Positions 20,557 to 30,479 of a stretch of DNA of 59,459 nt are shown in pieces. The notes beneath the pieces are model-generated. The model searched no databases. It was given only the letters and a program-made list of their open reading frames with translations, and was not told the origin of the DNA. Position numbers and translations under genes: made by a program. Source of the stretch: Pseudomonadota bacterium (lineage in GTDB: Bacteria; Bdellovibrionota_G; JALEGL01; DATDPG01); assembly GCA_043809315.1 (NCBI GenBank), contig JAZDDX010000001.1, positions 1 through 59,459 on the forward strand, written 5' to 3'. The stretch's first letter is position 1. Every line of letters starts with the position of its first letter.

Positions 20557-21929
20557 GCGACGACGAAGCAGTCGGAAAGTTCCTTTAGGTTCGTCACCTT
20601 CTCGAGATTCCAGATGAGGTCGATCGCCCGATCCTGTTGGCGCTCCGGAAGGAGTTTCCCGGCCGCCTGCCGGAACTTCGTCTCGATCTCTTTCCGGGAG
20701 AGAGGATTGAGCGGATGTCCTTTCGGATCGCGGACCTCCTTTTCGAAAGTTCGTCCATCCTCCATCGTGACCGTCACCTTGTTCGGGAACGAGGTCCCGT
20801 AGATCGCGGTGTATTCCGGATTTTCGGAAACCTTCACTTTTTGAACCAGGCCCAGCAAAGCTTTGTCCTCGAGATGCTTGGGATCGAACTGTTTCAGCGT
20901 GATCTCACCGTCTTGAAGCGCGGCCGCCACGATGAACGGGAGGGAGTGGTCGGCCGTCTCTTTCGTCTTCGGCGCCCATTTGTCCCGATCCATCCCGATG
21001 ATCTCGTACGAATGATGGGAGGTTTCGATCGAGATTGACGCAATCTTTCCGATGTTCGCGGGGCCGATCTTTTCGCGCAGGTCGAGTGCCGCCCAGATCG
21101 CGCTCTGGGAGTGGTACTCGGCCGGGAAGAATTTGATGTAGGTCGAGACGATCTTGAACTCCTCGTTCCCTTCCCCTCCGAGTCTCGGCGCAAAGTCGAA
21201 CTCCCCTTGGGTGATTTGACGGATCAGCCCGTGCTGCCCGGTGAAGATCTCGGAGGGGCCGGTGAAGCCGTGCCGGACACTCAAGGCCGCTTCAACGCCG
21301 TTCCGGGCCGCTTTGGCGAACGCCGCCGCCTTCCAGTTCGAGATCGTCCCGATCCGTGTCTGACGGAGGTAGTTCCCTGTGGTTACGGCGATTGCGATCG
21401 CGTCCCGGATTTGTGCGGACGAAAGGGCAAGGAGTTTCGCTGCGGCCGCGGTAGCGGAGACCGAAGCGTAGGTGACGTGATCCCACCCCTTTTTCCGGAT
21501 CCCGGCGGCATCGCAGAGACGGCACTGCATTTCATAGGCGAGGGCGATCGCCGTGATCAGCTCCTTGCCGTTCCGCTTCTCCCCTTCGGCGACGGAGTAG
21601 GCCGCAGCGATGTTGTCGCTGGGGTGTGCCGGTTCGCGGCTCAAATACGTGTCGTTCCAGTCGAGAGCGCGGATTGCGGTTCCGAGCGCGAATGTTGCGT
21701 CGTAAACCGGCGCCACGTGCGTGGTGCCGAAGACCGTGGCTCCATCCGGAGCCGTGGCTTTCATTGCGAACGCGCGAGCCGCCTTGACCGGAGTCTGTTG
21801 GAAGCCGGCAAGGGCGCACGCGAAGGCGTCGAGCAGACGCTCTTTTGTCGCTGCCACCGCCCCGTGGCTCAGCCTCTCAAAGGAGAGACCCGAAATGTAG
21901 CTGACGAGTTGCTTCTCAATCTGATCCAT
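20553..21929 (-). CDS. prpD: 2-methylcitrate dehydratase (MmgE/PrpD family)
   Basis: RALDWNDTY..HPSDN, GWDHV, KFFPAEYHSQSA, TADHSLP, PKGHP. Confidence 0.92.
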   Translation of the reverse strand: MDQIEKQLVSYISGLSFERLSHGAVAATKERLLDAFACALAGFQQTPVKAARAFAMKATAPDGATVFGTTHVAPVYDATFALGTAIRALDWNDTYLSREPAHPSDNIAAAYSVAEGEKRNGKELITAIALAYEMQCRLCDAAGIRKKGWDHVTYASVSATAAAAKLLALSSAQIRDAIAIAVTTGNYLRQTRIGTISNWKAAAFAKAARNGVEAALSVRHGFTGPSEIFTGQHGLIRQITQGEFDFAPRLGGEGNEEFKIVSTYIKFFPAEYHSQSAIWAALDLREKIGPANIGKIASISIETSHHSYEIIGMDRDKWAPKTKETADHSLPFIVAAALQDGEITLKQFDPKHLEDKALLGLVQKVKVSENPEYTAIYGTSFPNKVTVTMEDGRTFEKEVRDPKGHPLNPLSRKEIETKFRQAAGKLLPERQQDRAIDLIWNLEKVTNLKELSDCFVVA

Positions 21930-22024
21930 CGGAGGTCAGTTACCGGCCTCCCGAGCGACAATCAACATAATCTGATTTGAATCAGAATGGGCTCCAAGGA
22001 TCCAAGCGAGTACAATCTGAAACG

Positions 22025-22513
22025 ATGGCATTTCTCTCCAAAATCCGCTCGATGGATCTCTTCAACGTCGTGACGGTCGGATTTCCGTTTTGTGCGTTCA
22101 AGATTCTGACGGGGTTGACGCTGCAGACAATGGATGTTCCGACGACCGTCAAACGGATCGGTGTACTTCTCGTCTGTCTCGGCGTGATCGATCTCGTCAT
22201 CAACGGAGTCAATTTCGTAAGCCTCGCGATCCGAGGGAGGCGTTGGTTGGATGCCTGTCTGTTCGCACTCCTAATGCGCTCGATCAAAAGCCCGGCGGAA
22301 CACACGGATTGGAGCTGGCAGGATCTCGGGAATTCTTTGGATGTTCTTCTTTCGTTCACGCTCGTCGCTTGCGCGATCGGGTTCGGGATGCTCAAGCTGA
22401 TGAACTCGCCCGCGGTCACGATTTGGAATGTGAGCGTCGTCTTCAACGTCCTGGGAGCCGGGCTCGGCCGTCTCGGCGGTTCGATTCAGAACCTGGGTAC
22501 CCCGAAAATTTAA
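22025..22513 (+). CDS. Hypothetical membrane protein
   Basis: Several hydrophobic helices; fills the gap between prpD and the helicase; start uncertain (21977 TTG possible). Confidence 0.65.
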   Translation: MAFLSKIRSMDLFNVVTVGFPFCAFKILTGLTLQTMDVPTTVKRIGVLLVCLGVIDLVINGVNFVSLAIRGRRWLDACLFALLMRSIKSPAEHTDWSWQDLGNSLDVLLSFTLVACAIGFGMLKLMNSPAVTIWNVSVVFNVLGAGLGRLGGSIQNLGTPKI

Positions 22514-23664
22514 CGCCGGCATCGCCGTTGCTGTGGGTGGTGCCTCGCCGGGGCTGCAACCCGTTCCAGAGTGACTTTGCGTTGAATCGCCTTTTCGATC
22601 CGTTCGAGAGCGAGATGGTCGTGGGACGTGACAAAGGTGATCGCCTCCCCCTCTTTCTCGGCGCGCGCCGTCCGGCCGACTCGATGGATGTAGTCGTCGG
22701 GGTCGACGGGGATGTCGTAGTTGATTACGTGCGAAACGTCCGAGATGTCGAGGCCGCGGGAGGCGACGTCGGTCGCCACCAGTGCCCGGATCTCCGATCG
22801 GCGGAATCGATCCAGCGCCTCTCCCCGCTCTTCCTGAGGACGGTCCCCGTGAAGCGAATCACAGGAGATTCCGACGCGTTGGAGTTTGCGGTCCAGCCGT
22901 TTCACCTCGAGTTTGGTGCGGGCGAAGATCAGAACCGAATCCATTTCTTCTTGGCGGAGAAGGTGGATGAGCGTTGTTTCTTTGTCCGGCGTCTCGACGG
23001 AAAAGAAGCGTTGTCGGACGGTATCCACCGGCACCTGCCGACCGATCTGAATCTTCTTGGGGTGTTTCATGAACTGTGCCGAAAGTCGCTGGACCTCCGG
23101 GCCGATGGTCGCGGAAAAGAGAAGGGTCTGTCGTTCGGTCGGAAGCGCTTCGAGAATCTTGCGCACGTCGGGCAGAAAACCCATGTCGAGCATCCGGTCC
23201 GCCTCGTCGAGAACCACGACTTCGATCGACTTGAAGTCGAGGTGATCGTAGCGCATGTGATCGATCAACCGTCCCGGCGTGGCGATCAGGATCTCGGTTC
23301 CCGCCCGGATCACCCGTTCCTGGTATCCGAACGACAACCCGCCGATCGCGCAGGCCGAGGTGACACCGGCGTGATAGGCGAGCCCCGCCAGCTGTTCCTC
23401 GATTTGCAGGGCGAGTTCGCGCGTGGGGGTGAGAATGAGGGCGCGGGTCACATTTTTTTCCAGGCGCACCAGCCGGTCGAGAATCGGAATCAGGAAGACG
23501 GCCGTCTTCCCCGTCCCCGTCTGCGATCCGGCGATGAGGTCGTGACCCGCCAGCGCGATCGGAAGCGCCTCTTCCTGGATCGCGGTCATCTCGCGGTACC
23601 CCATATCGCAGATTCCGTCGAAAACGCGGGGATCCAGGGAAAGAGATTCAAATGATACAGCCAT
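22510..23664 (-). CDS. DEAD/DEAH-box RNA helicase (RhlE-like)
   Basis: QTGTGKT, PTRELA, TPGRL, DEAD, SAT, HGD, DVASRGLD, HRVGRTAR. Confidence 0.95.
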   Translation of the reverse strand: MAVSFESLSLDPRVFDGICDMGYREMTAIQEEALPIALAGHDLIAGSQTGTGKTAVFLIPILDRLVRLEKNVTRALILTPTRELALQIEEQLAGLAYHAGVTSACAIGGLSFGYQERVIRAGTEILIATPGRLIDHMRYDHLDFKSIEVVVLDEADRMLDMGFLPDVRKILEALPTERQTLLFSATIGPEVQRLSAQFMKHPKKIQIGRQVPVDTVRQRFFSVETPDKETTLIHLLRQEEMDSVLIFARTKLEVKRLDRKLQRVGISCDSLHGDRPQEERGEALDRFRRSEIRALVATDVASRGLDISDVSHVINYDIPVDPDDYIHRVGRTARAEKEGEAITFVTSHDHLALERIEKAIQRKVTLERVAAPARHHPQQRRCRR

Positions 23665-23701
23665 TGAGGTGTTCTTATCCTTTTACGACGCAATAGGCCA
23701 C

Positions 23702-24301
23702 TCAGGGAATCGCCTTCCGAATCGAATCTTTTTTCGAGGCGGGTTCGAGCGAGTCGGGGTAGGCGAGAACCCAGATCGGTTCGTGCGTCTTCGGGTCCAA
23801 GGGGGCAAGCGAGGCGCTGATGAACCACGGATTCCAAGCTTTCCCGATCGGAACCATTCTCGGCCCCGACAGCAGAAGGACGAATGAGTCCCCTTTTGGT
23901 GCCGTCCGGAAAGGGACCTGAGCCGGATAGGAAGAGAGCACGACACTCTCGGAAATCCCTTGGGCGAACAGAGCATGGATCTGACTGCTCTGCATTTCAC
24001 CCGGGTCGTAAACGGAGATCTTCGTTCCGGAGAATGAGGGCTCCTCCGGAGATCGGAGAACCTCCGTCACCGAGAACTGGGCCACTGTGATCTCGAACTC
24101 GAGGTTGCGATCCTGGAGCTTGCCGCGAATCTTCTGTTTCCGCTCTCCGGTCTTTCGGGCTACGACGATCGCCCGCGATTCCTGGATCGCCGCTTTCAGC
24201 GTCACCGGCCGGGTCATGATCTCCGACATGAATGCCTCCTGGGGAAAGAACAAACAGGCGAACAGGAGAAGAAGAGATTTCCGATGTTGGAAAAATGCCA
24301 T
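23702..24301 (-). CDS. Hypothetical secreted protein
   Basis: N-terminal signal-peptide-like segment; no recognised domain. Confidence 0.6.
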   Translation of the reverse strand: MAFFQHRKSLLLLFACLFFPQEAFMSEIMTRPVTLKAAIQESRAIVVARKTGERKQKIRGKLQDRNLEFEITVAQFSVTEVLRSPEEPSFSGTKISVYDPGEMQSSQIHALFAQGISESVVLSSYPAQVPFRTAPKGDSFVLLLSGPRMVPIGKAWNPWFISASLAPLDPKTHEPIWVLAYPDSLEPASKKDSIRKAIP

Positions 24302-24319
24302 TGCCTGAGACTAGTTCAC

Positions 24320-25555
24320 CTACTGGAGCAGGCCAAGAACGGCATTGTACCAGACAGGGGCCATCTTATGGTACCCGGCGACCGACGGGTGGACGCCGTC
24401 CCCCGTGAGATCGGAGCTGTCGTTCATGACGGCGTAATGATCCGCAAAGACGATCTTCCGCCCCTGGGCGACCTTGGCCGCAACGAGCGCCGGGAGGAGA
24501 TCGTGGTAACTCGATAGTTTGGGAGCGAGATCCGTGCGGGAGGAGCGGGGAGGGCTTCCCAACGCCACCTTGATGTTCGAATTGAACGCCCAGATCTGAT
24601 TCAAGAAGGCGCTCATGTTGTCCCGCACGGTTGTTGGCGAGAGCATCACGAGATCATTTGTTCCAAGCAGAACGAGAACCATGTCCGGCGGGTTTGCCGT
24701 GAACTTTGCGGTGAGATTCTCGTTCCAGATGAATGTGGTTCCTCCCGACCGCGTGATCGTGGCGGAACCGTACCCCTCGTGATCCCAATACGCCTCCGGG
24801 AACGTGAACCCGAGGTTCCCGTCGGCGTGGTTTCGGGTGTTCGTTCCGACGTAATCGAAGTCGAGACCGTAGTCGATCAACAGTTTGTACAGGAACGAAC
24901 GGTAGCCGCCCTCCCAATCCAGTTCCGTGATCGAATCCCCGAGCGGCATGATCTTCAGAGTTCCGGAGGGTGTGTTGCTCACCGTAACGGTGACGCTGGC
25001 CGTGCGTGTGTTCCCCGCTGCGTCTCGGGCGACGGCGGACAGGGTGTGGGATCCGTTCGACGTGATGGCTGAATTCCAACTGTATGAATAGGGAGAGGAG
25101 GTGTCTTCGGAACCGAGGTTCGAGCTGTCGAGGCGGAACTGGACTCCGACGACGCCGACGTTGTCCGACGCATTCGCAGAGACTGTGATCGTTCCCGAAA
25201 CCGTTTGGCCGTCCGTCGGGGCCGTGACCGAAACCGTCGGAAGTGTGGTGTCCTGGATGGGGGTCGCTGTGGCAGTTGCTGTGGCAGTTGCTGTGGCGGT
25301 TGCCGTGGCAGTTGCCGTGGCAGTTGCCGTGGGAGTCACTGTCGGCGTGAAGATGGTCTTCGGGGTGGGGGTCGCTGTGGCAGTTGCCGTGGCAGTTGCC
25401 GTCGAAGCAGCGGTTGCTTCAGGCGTTGGTGTCGCGGTGGGGGTCGGTTCGGAATCGAGGGAACTATGAAGGCTGGGGTCGGAGAGTTGAATCTCCGGGC
25501 TCCCGCACCCTGCCAGGAGGAGAAGAACGAAAGTTATGCCGGAGAACCCTCTCAT
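24320..25555 (-). CDS. Lipoprotein: Thr/Ala/Pro linker + Ig-like (Big) domain + SGNH hydrolase
   Basis: Lipobox LAGC; DTTLPTVSVTAP..ARDAAGN Big domain; MPLGDSIT, HEGYG, LLGTND, DGVHP. Confidence 0.88.
   Translation of the reverse strand: MRGFSGITFVLLLLAGCGSPEIQLSDPSLHSSLDSEPTPTATPTPEATAASTATATATATATPTPKTIFTPTVTPTATATATATATATATATATATATPIQDTTLPTVSVTAPTDGQTVSGTITVSANASDNVGVVGVQFRLDSSNLGSEDTSSPYSYSWNSAITSNGSHTLSAVARDAAGNTRTASVTVTVSNTPSGTLKIMPLGDSITELDWEGGYRSFLYKLLIDYGLDFDYVGTNTRNHADGNLGFTFPEAYWDHEGYGSATITRSGGTTFIWNENLTAKFTANPPDMVLVLLGTNDLVMLSPTTVRDNMSAFLNQIWAFNSNIKVALGSPPRSSRTDLAPKLSSYHDLLPALVAAKVAQGRKIVFADHYAVMNDSSDLTGDGVHPSVAGYHKMAPVWYNAVLGLLQ
25255..25445 (-). repeat. Coding 6/12-bp tandem repeats encoding the (TA)n/(TP)n linker
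   Basis: Repeated GTGGCAGTTGCY units on the + strand. Confidence 0.8.
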
Positions 25556-25568
25556 ACCGGCTTAAGAC

Positions 25569-25584
25569 AGCAAAGAACGTTCCA
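25569..25584 (-). promoter_or_regulatory. Sigma54 promoter for the SGNH lipoprotein gene
   Basis: Minus strand TGGAACGTTCTTTGCT (GG-N10-GC). Confidence 0.65.
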
Positions 25585-25682
25585 ACCTGTAACCGATGGG
25601 GATCTTGTGATTTCAGTAACTTGGAGAGCCGAGTCTCGGCCCGGTATGAAAAGATTTCCATCCTTTGAAGCTTCCGAGAGTT

Positions 25683-25710
25683 GACTGTCAGTATGACAGA
25701 ACTGACAGTC
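25683..25710. promoter_or_regulatory. Inverted repeat, probable enhancer-binding-protein site between divergent sigma54 promoters
   Basis: GACTGTCAG-N10-CTGACAGTC perfect 9-bp inverted repeat; largely conserved in the paralogous copy at ~30745-30770. Confidence 0.6.
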
Positions 25711-25750
25711 GGGATTCGCAGTTTATCTAATAAAAACGATCGGTTAGATA

Positions 25751-25766
25751 TGGCATTGCCGTTGCT
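25751..25766 (+). promoter_or_regulatory. Sigma54 promoter
   Basis: TGGCATTGCCGTTGCT (GG-N10-GC); conserved upstream of the paralog at 30814. Confidence 0.75.
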
Positions 25767-25778
25767 CTTCTAGGGCTC

Positions 25779-26258
25779 ATGAAACGCACGACAAAGAGCC
25801 TGATCGAAGCCCTGATGGTCGCAATCGTTCTCTCTACTGGCGTCGCACAAGCGCAGGAAGAGCGGTCGATGCTGGCCAGACTCAAGACGATTGCGATGGA
25901 CGTCGAGTCGGCGACGGTCGATTCGATTACCGTTGAACCGACTCGGACCTTCGAACGCCCGTCCGATGAAGATGTCGCGTTTCAGACCGAGGTGAGGGAG
26001 AACGTCAGCAGTATTTACCGCTGTGTGGAACAGCGGCGGTCGATTGGTGCGGGTCGTGTGCGGGTTGCCTTCACGGTACTTTCTTCAGGTCACCTTTCGA
26101 ATGTTCACGTTGCCGTCCGTTTTCCCCAGACGGAGCCGGCGGTTGTTCGCTGCGTTCGCGACGCGCTCCATCGGAGCCGGATCGAAAACACCCAGGATCA
26201 GGAACGGCAGTTTCAATTCACGTTCGCCTTCGCGGGTGCAACGCAGGTTTCATTTTAA
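25779..26258 (+). CDS. Secreted protein with AgmX/PglI (TonB-C-like) C-terminal domain, copy 1
   Basis: Signal peptide AQA; ..YRC.E....GRV.V.FTV..SG....V..........C....... pattern; ~86% identical to 30842..31321. Confidence 0.7.
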   Translation: MKRTTKSLIEALMVAIVLSTGVAQAQEERSMLARLKTIAMDVESATVDSITVEPTRTFERPSDEDVAFQTEVRENVSSIYRCVEQRRSIGAGRVRVAFTVLSSGHLSNVHVAVRFPQTEPAVVRCVRDALHRSRIENTQDQERQFQFTFAFAGATQVSF

Positions 26259-26270
26259 TGCGGTAGTGAC
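26254..26270 (-). pseudogene. Degenerate scar of the 5S rRNA 3' end
   Basis: tttaatgcggtagtgac matches tttaatgcggcagcgac (5S 3' end and flank) at 15/17 positions; supplies the TAA stop of the upstream gene. Confidence 0.45.
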
Positions 26271-26467
26271 TATCTGGGGCTCTAGCCGGCAATCGATGTG
26301 CTCGATCTGTGCAATCAGCGGGAACGGGACTCGGGCTCCGATCGACGGGTGCTTGAAAACGATCTCCGCGAACAGGGTCACGGCTGGCAGAACGATTCCG
26401 AATGGTCTAACCGAGCCGCCGCAGGCATTGACGCCAAGCGTTAGTTGCGATACTTCTCACGGGACCG

Positions 26468-27739
26468 GTGAAGGCTTTGAGGCTAGCCCTTCTGTTTCTG
26501 GCCGGGATTCTCCTGGCCCAACCTTCGCATGCCCAGGACCGGCGCCCGTCGACTCTTCCGCGGATCGTCATCAACTGGATCGACAACCTGAGCATCGGGT
26601 CGATCAACACCGCGATCGGCGCGGGAAATCTTGTCGTCGCTTTCGTGGCTCAGCCGTTCACGGACGACGATGTACGAATCTCGTGCAACGGAGTTCAGAT
26701 CTGCGTCCGCACCTACGCCCTTCGTGCCACGGCGGCACACAGCTTGGGCCTGTTCAGCTTCGGGTCTTCCTCGCAAGACCACGAAGCGGGGCACTCGCTT
26801 CAGTCGGGGAGCTTGGGCCCCCTTTATCTTCCTACGGTCGGGTTCACCTACCTGGCCCACGGCCGGATCGGAGGATACTCGGTCGTCGAACATTGGGCCG
26901 AGTTGGAAGGGGACGCTCTGGCGGGGGCAAGGAAGCTCTACCAGACCACATCGCTCCCGCAGATCGGATTCGGAGAACTTCGCTCCGACGACGTTCACGT
27001 CCCGTATCTGATCCTGAAATTCACGTTGGATGACCGTCTGGATCAGGAGTACTCCGACTATCGTCTTCAAAAGACATATGAGTGGCTCAAGACCCAACTT
27101 CTGATCCCCGTGCGGGAGCACATCAAGACAAACGGACGGAAACTTCCGATGACGCTCGAAACAAACGTACTGACAAAAACCGTGAGGCTGGGGGCCGGCG
27201 ACGGCTGGCCGGATCACTGGGGGAATCAACCGCGGGTCGCGTTGGATACCGAGCAACAGTACGGGAGAGTTCGAAGCGACGGCTTGCTCGGCCTGACGCA
27301 CGTCAATGCACTCAGCTGGGCCGCCAAGCTCGGCTTCAACTACATCATGGGCAAGGGGGATACACAGATCACGGCTGTCGCGGGGGGCGGAATCAGTCTC
27401 GACCGCGTGACCCCCCATTCCGAGCGCGGCCTCTTCGACCGGGTCGAAAACCGGAACGGGATCGGGACGTCTCTGGCCGCATCGCTGGATTTCCGGCTCT
27501 TCGAGTACCTGACCGTTTACGGCACGATCGAACAGTACGGTCTTGCCGAAACCTTGAAGAGAAAACAGTCGTCGATCGGCCTCCACAACCGACTTCGCCC
27601 TTCATCGGCGGCCGTCCCGGCGATCCTCTCCCGCCTCGAATTCGACATCGAGCTTCTCCGGCAGCAGTACGAGGCCCCCCAGGCGGACCAGCGCCACACG
27701 CTCGATTGGATCCGAGCCTCGCTCGGCGTTCGGTTCTAG
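26468..27739 (+). CDS. Hypothetical exported protein, possibly outer-membrane beta-barrel
   Basis: Signal peptide (SHA), amphipathic beta-strand-like C-terminal region, terminal Phe. Confidence 0.6.
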   Translation: MKALRLALLFLAGILLAQPSHAQDRRPSTLPRIVINWIDNLSIGSINTAIGAGNLVVAFVAQPFTDDDVRISCNGVQICVRTYALRATAAHSLGLFSFGSSSQDHEAGHSLQSGSLGPLYLPTVGFTYLAHGRIGGYSVVEHWAELEGDALAGARKLYQTTSLPQIGFGELRSDDVHVPYLILKFTLDDRLDQEYSDYRLQKTYEWLKTQLLIPVREHIKTNGRKLPMTLETNVLTKTVRLGAGDGWPDHWGNQPRVALDTEQQYGRVRSDGLLGLTHVNALSWAAKLGFNYIMGKGDTQITAVAGGGISLDRVTPHSERGLFDRVENRNGIGTSLAASLDFRLFEYLTVYGTIEQYGLAETLKRKQSSIGLHNRLRPSSAAVPAILSRLEFDIELLRQQYEAPQADQRHTLDWIRASLGVRF

Positions 27740-27762
27740 TGCGGCAACGACCTACTCTCCCA
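27740..27762 (-). pseudogene. 23-nt remnant of the 5S rRNA 3' end
   Basis: tgcggcaacgacctactctccca is 22/23 identical to the 5S 3' end at 55813. Confidence 0.8.
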
Positions 27763-27787
27763 GACGTCTTTACGATAGGATCCGGGC

Positions 27788-28786
27788 GTGTCCGACTCTT
27801 TTTTCGAACTGACTCCGGATCTTGTATTGGCCGCGGTGGAGGCCTCCGGTCTCAGATGCAACGGGAGATGCATCCCTCTCAACAGCTACGAGAATCGTGT
27901 TTACGAGCTCGAACTCGAGGAGGATGAATCGGAAGACGGGGCAGCGAAGCACGTCATCTCGCGTCGGCGGGTGGTGAAGTTTTACCGGCCGGGCCGCTGG
28001 AGCCGGGACCAGATCTTGGAAGAGCACCAGTTCCTCCAGGACCTGTTGGAGGACGAGGTTCCCGTCGTGGCTCCGATCCGGTTTCCGAACGGAGAAACGC
28101 TTCATTCGGCCCAGGAGAGCGGCCTTTGGTACACCGTCTTTCCGAAGGTGGGGGGACGGATCCCGGATGAGATGGATGAGGATCAGCTTCAATGGCTGGG
28201 GCGCCTGCTCGGACGGATTCACAACGTCGGCGCTTCCCGGAAGGGGCTATATCGCCTCTCCCTGACACCCGCGACCTACGGTACTTCGAATCTCGAGTAT
28301 CTCCTGGCGAACAACTGGCTTCCCCCGAATCTCCGGGAGCGATATGCGTCCGCGGTCCGGGAGATCTGCCGCCTGGCGGAAGCCCCCTTTGCTTCCGTTG
28401 CGCCGATCCGGCTTCACGGGGATTGCCATCGCAACAATCTTCTGTGGGGGACCCAGGGGCCGTTCTTTCTCGATTTCGACGACATGGTGATCGGGCCTCC
28501 GGTCCAGGATCTGTGGCTCTTGGTGCCCGGTCGCGATTCGGAGGCGCGCTTGCACCTCGACTCCCTCATCCGTGGTTACGAAGAGTTCCGCACGTTCGAC
28601 CGCGCGAGCCTCAAGATGATCGAGATCCTGCGAGCCCTCCGCTTCGTTCACTTTTCCGCCTGGATGGCCCGGCGCTGGGAGGATCCCGCGTTTCCGCGCG
28701 CCTTTCCGTATTTCAACACGCCGAAGTACTGGGAGGATCAGACGCGCGATGTGATGGACCAGGCGGAACGGATTCAGACGGCCTGA
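27788..28786 (+). CDS. srkA: Stress response serine/threonine kinase SrkA (RdoA/YihE)
   Basis: LNSYENRVY, KFYRPGRWS..QILEEH, RLHGDCH..N, DFDD, GPPVQDLW, ARRWEDPAFP. Confidence 0.93.
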   Translation: MSDSFFELTPDLVLAAVEASGLRCNGRCIPLNSYENRVYELELEEDESEDGAAKHVISRRRVVKFYRPGRWSRDQILEEHQFLQDLLEDEVPVVAPIRFPNGETLHSAQESGLWYTVFPKVGGRIPDEMDEDQLQWLGRLLGRIHNVGASRKGLYRLSLTPATYGTSNLEYLLANNWLPPNLRERYASAVREICRLAEAPFASVAPIRLHGDCHRNNLLWGTQGPFFLDFDDMVIGPPVQDLWLLVPGRDSEARLHLDSLIRGYEEFRTFDRASLKMIEILRALRFVHFSAWMARRWEDPAFPRAFPYFNTPKYWEDQTRDVMDQAERIQTA

Positions 28787-28869
28787 CGGCAAAACTTGAA
28801 ACTTGTAGTTCAAGATCTACACTTCGATGAGTGTCAATCGATTTCTTTCAAGTCCATGGGGAGGGTCCA

Positions 28870-30456
28870 GTGAGAAAAACATTCTTTACGGCACTTTGGC
28901 TCGGTTTGGTGCTTTGTTCTTCCGCGTGCAGCAGTTCATCGACAGGCGGGTCGAAAGGAAACGGCGCCTCCATTTTCCCGACCGACCTCGTTTTGGCTTC
29001 GCCGTACGCGGCGAACGCCTCCCGAGCTTCCAGACTCACGATCTTTTCGGACACTTCCGTCACTTCAGCCGACGACTTCGTCACAAAGAAAGATGCATTG
29101 AATGCCATGCTCACGGCGACATCGACGGATCAGTGCGGCTTCACGCTGAATCTCTTTGCGAACCTCCCATCCAGTGTCGGTTGTTATGGTCCCGGCATTT
29201 ATTATGAACATGAACCCGTCTCCGATACGACCGCAAGTTCAGGAGGAGGAGATTCCGGTATCTGGGACGAGATCGACGGTCAGAGCGGAAACGCGTGTGT
29301 GGCCGCTCAAACCAACATGCTGGTCGGACAGGTGAGCAGGCTGGTCGATACCGCGGTCAACTCGTTTGCCAGCATGGTATGTGTGATCAACGCGAGCGGA
29401 CTGACGATCCCCGCCGCGGAAGGCGGCGCGCTGGATCTTGCCTCCACGCTGCAGACCGTTCTCACCACGAATGGCATAGACGGCATTACGATTTCCACCG
29501 CGAGTTTAGACCATCAGGCTTCGACGAGCGATGGCCACGACGTCTACTTCTTTACGCTGACCGGAACAATGACGAAGAACGGTGACACGAGAGAAGTCAC
29601 GCTTTATCTGAAGCACATCCCCCTGGATGCCGATAACACGACCTACAAAGGCAAGCTCTCGTTCGCCTTCGGGAATGCAAACTCGTCAGAGTCCGGAAAT
29701 TGCAATGATGCCAATACCGTCGGGGCAGGCAATAAGACCACATCTATGGTGGATGCTGGCTCGGTCCTTTATTCCAAGGATTCGGCCACGAATCTCACCT
29801 ACCGTTTTCAATATGGAACCTTCTGTGATTCGACCCACATGCCGCTGGCCCCAACCAACCACGACATCGATCCCACGGATACGGCTTCGCCCAGTAATCC
29901 GACCGGATACGCAAACGGCTTCAAGTACTACCTCTTCAACGTGAATCCGGCGGACGGAACCGGCTCGTTTGCTTTCGCGTGGGCGGCGGGCACCGGATCC
30001 GAGAACGCCCGAACGTTGGAAGTATCGCTGGGAGCGTTGTCCGGTGGAGGAACGGGCGGCTGCGGATACTTCGGCTACGGTCCTCCAGTCAAAGATGGAA
30101 GCACGACTCCGGGTAATTCGCTGGGTGATATTACGGGGTTCGTTTGCAACTGGAGCATGCCGGGTCCGACAAAACCGAATCACCCATGGGCGCAGCGTCA
30201 ATGTGTGAAGCTCGACACCGCATCCGGTCATTATTTGACCGATGCCACACAGGGGGCATTAGCCATTACGTACGCGCCGACCGACACGTGCGACAGTCTC
30301 GCCGACGCCGATTTTGTCTATTACTCCACAATCAGTTCGGCGGAGAATCCCGCGATCAACGATCTCAGAACACCGGGAGACGTGATCCACAACCTGATCG
30401 ACGTGAAGGAAGACAAGATTTTCACGCTTCCGACGGTGCCGGCGGACGTTTATTGA
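28870..30456 (+). CDS. Hypothetical lipoprotein (Cys/Thr-rich)
   Basis: GTG start after GGAGGG, lipobox-like SSAC; no recognised domain. Confidence 0.7.
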   Translation: MRKTFFTALWLGLVLCSSACSSSSTGGSKGNGASIFPTDLVLASPYAANASRASRLTIFSDTSVTSADDFVTKKDALNAMLTATSTDQCGFTLNLFANLPSSVGCYGPGIYYEHEPVSDTTASSGGGDSGIWDEIDGQSGNACVAAQTNMLVGQVSRLVDTAVNSFASMVCVINASGLTIPAAEGGALDLASTLQTVLTTNGIDGITISTASLDHQASTSDGHDVYFFTLTGTMTKNGDTREVTLYLKHIPLDADNTTYKGKLSFAFGNANSSESGNCNDANTVGAGNKTTSMVDAGSVLYSKDSATNLTYRFQYGTFCDSTHMPLAPTNHDIDPTDTASPSNPTGYANGFKYYLFNVNPADGTGSFAFAWAAGTGSENARTLEVSLGALSGGGTGGCGYFGYGPPVKDGSTTPGNSLGDITGFVCNWSMPGPTKPNHPWAQRQCVKLDTASGHYLTDATQGALAITYAPTDTCDSLADADFVYYSTISSAENPAINDLRTPGDVIHNLIDVKEDKIFTLPTVPADVY

Positions 30457-30479
30457 CGGTGTTCCGGTTAACGTTTCTC

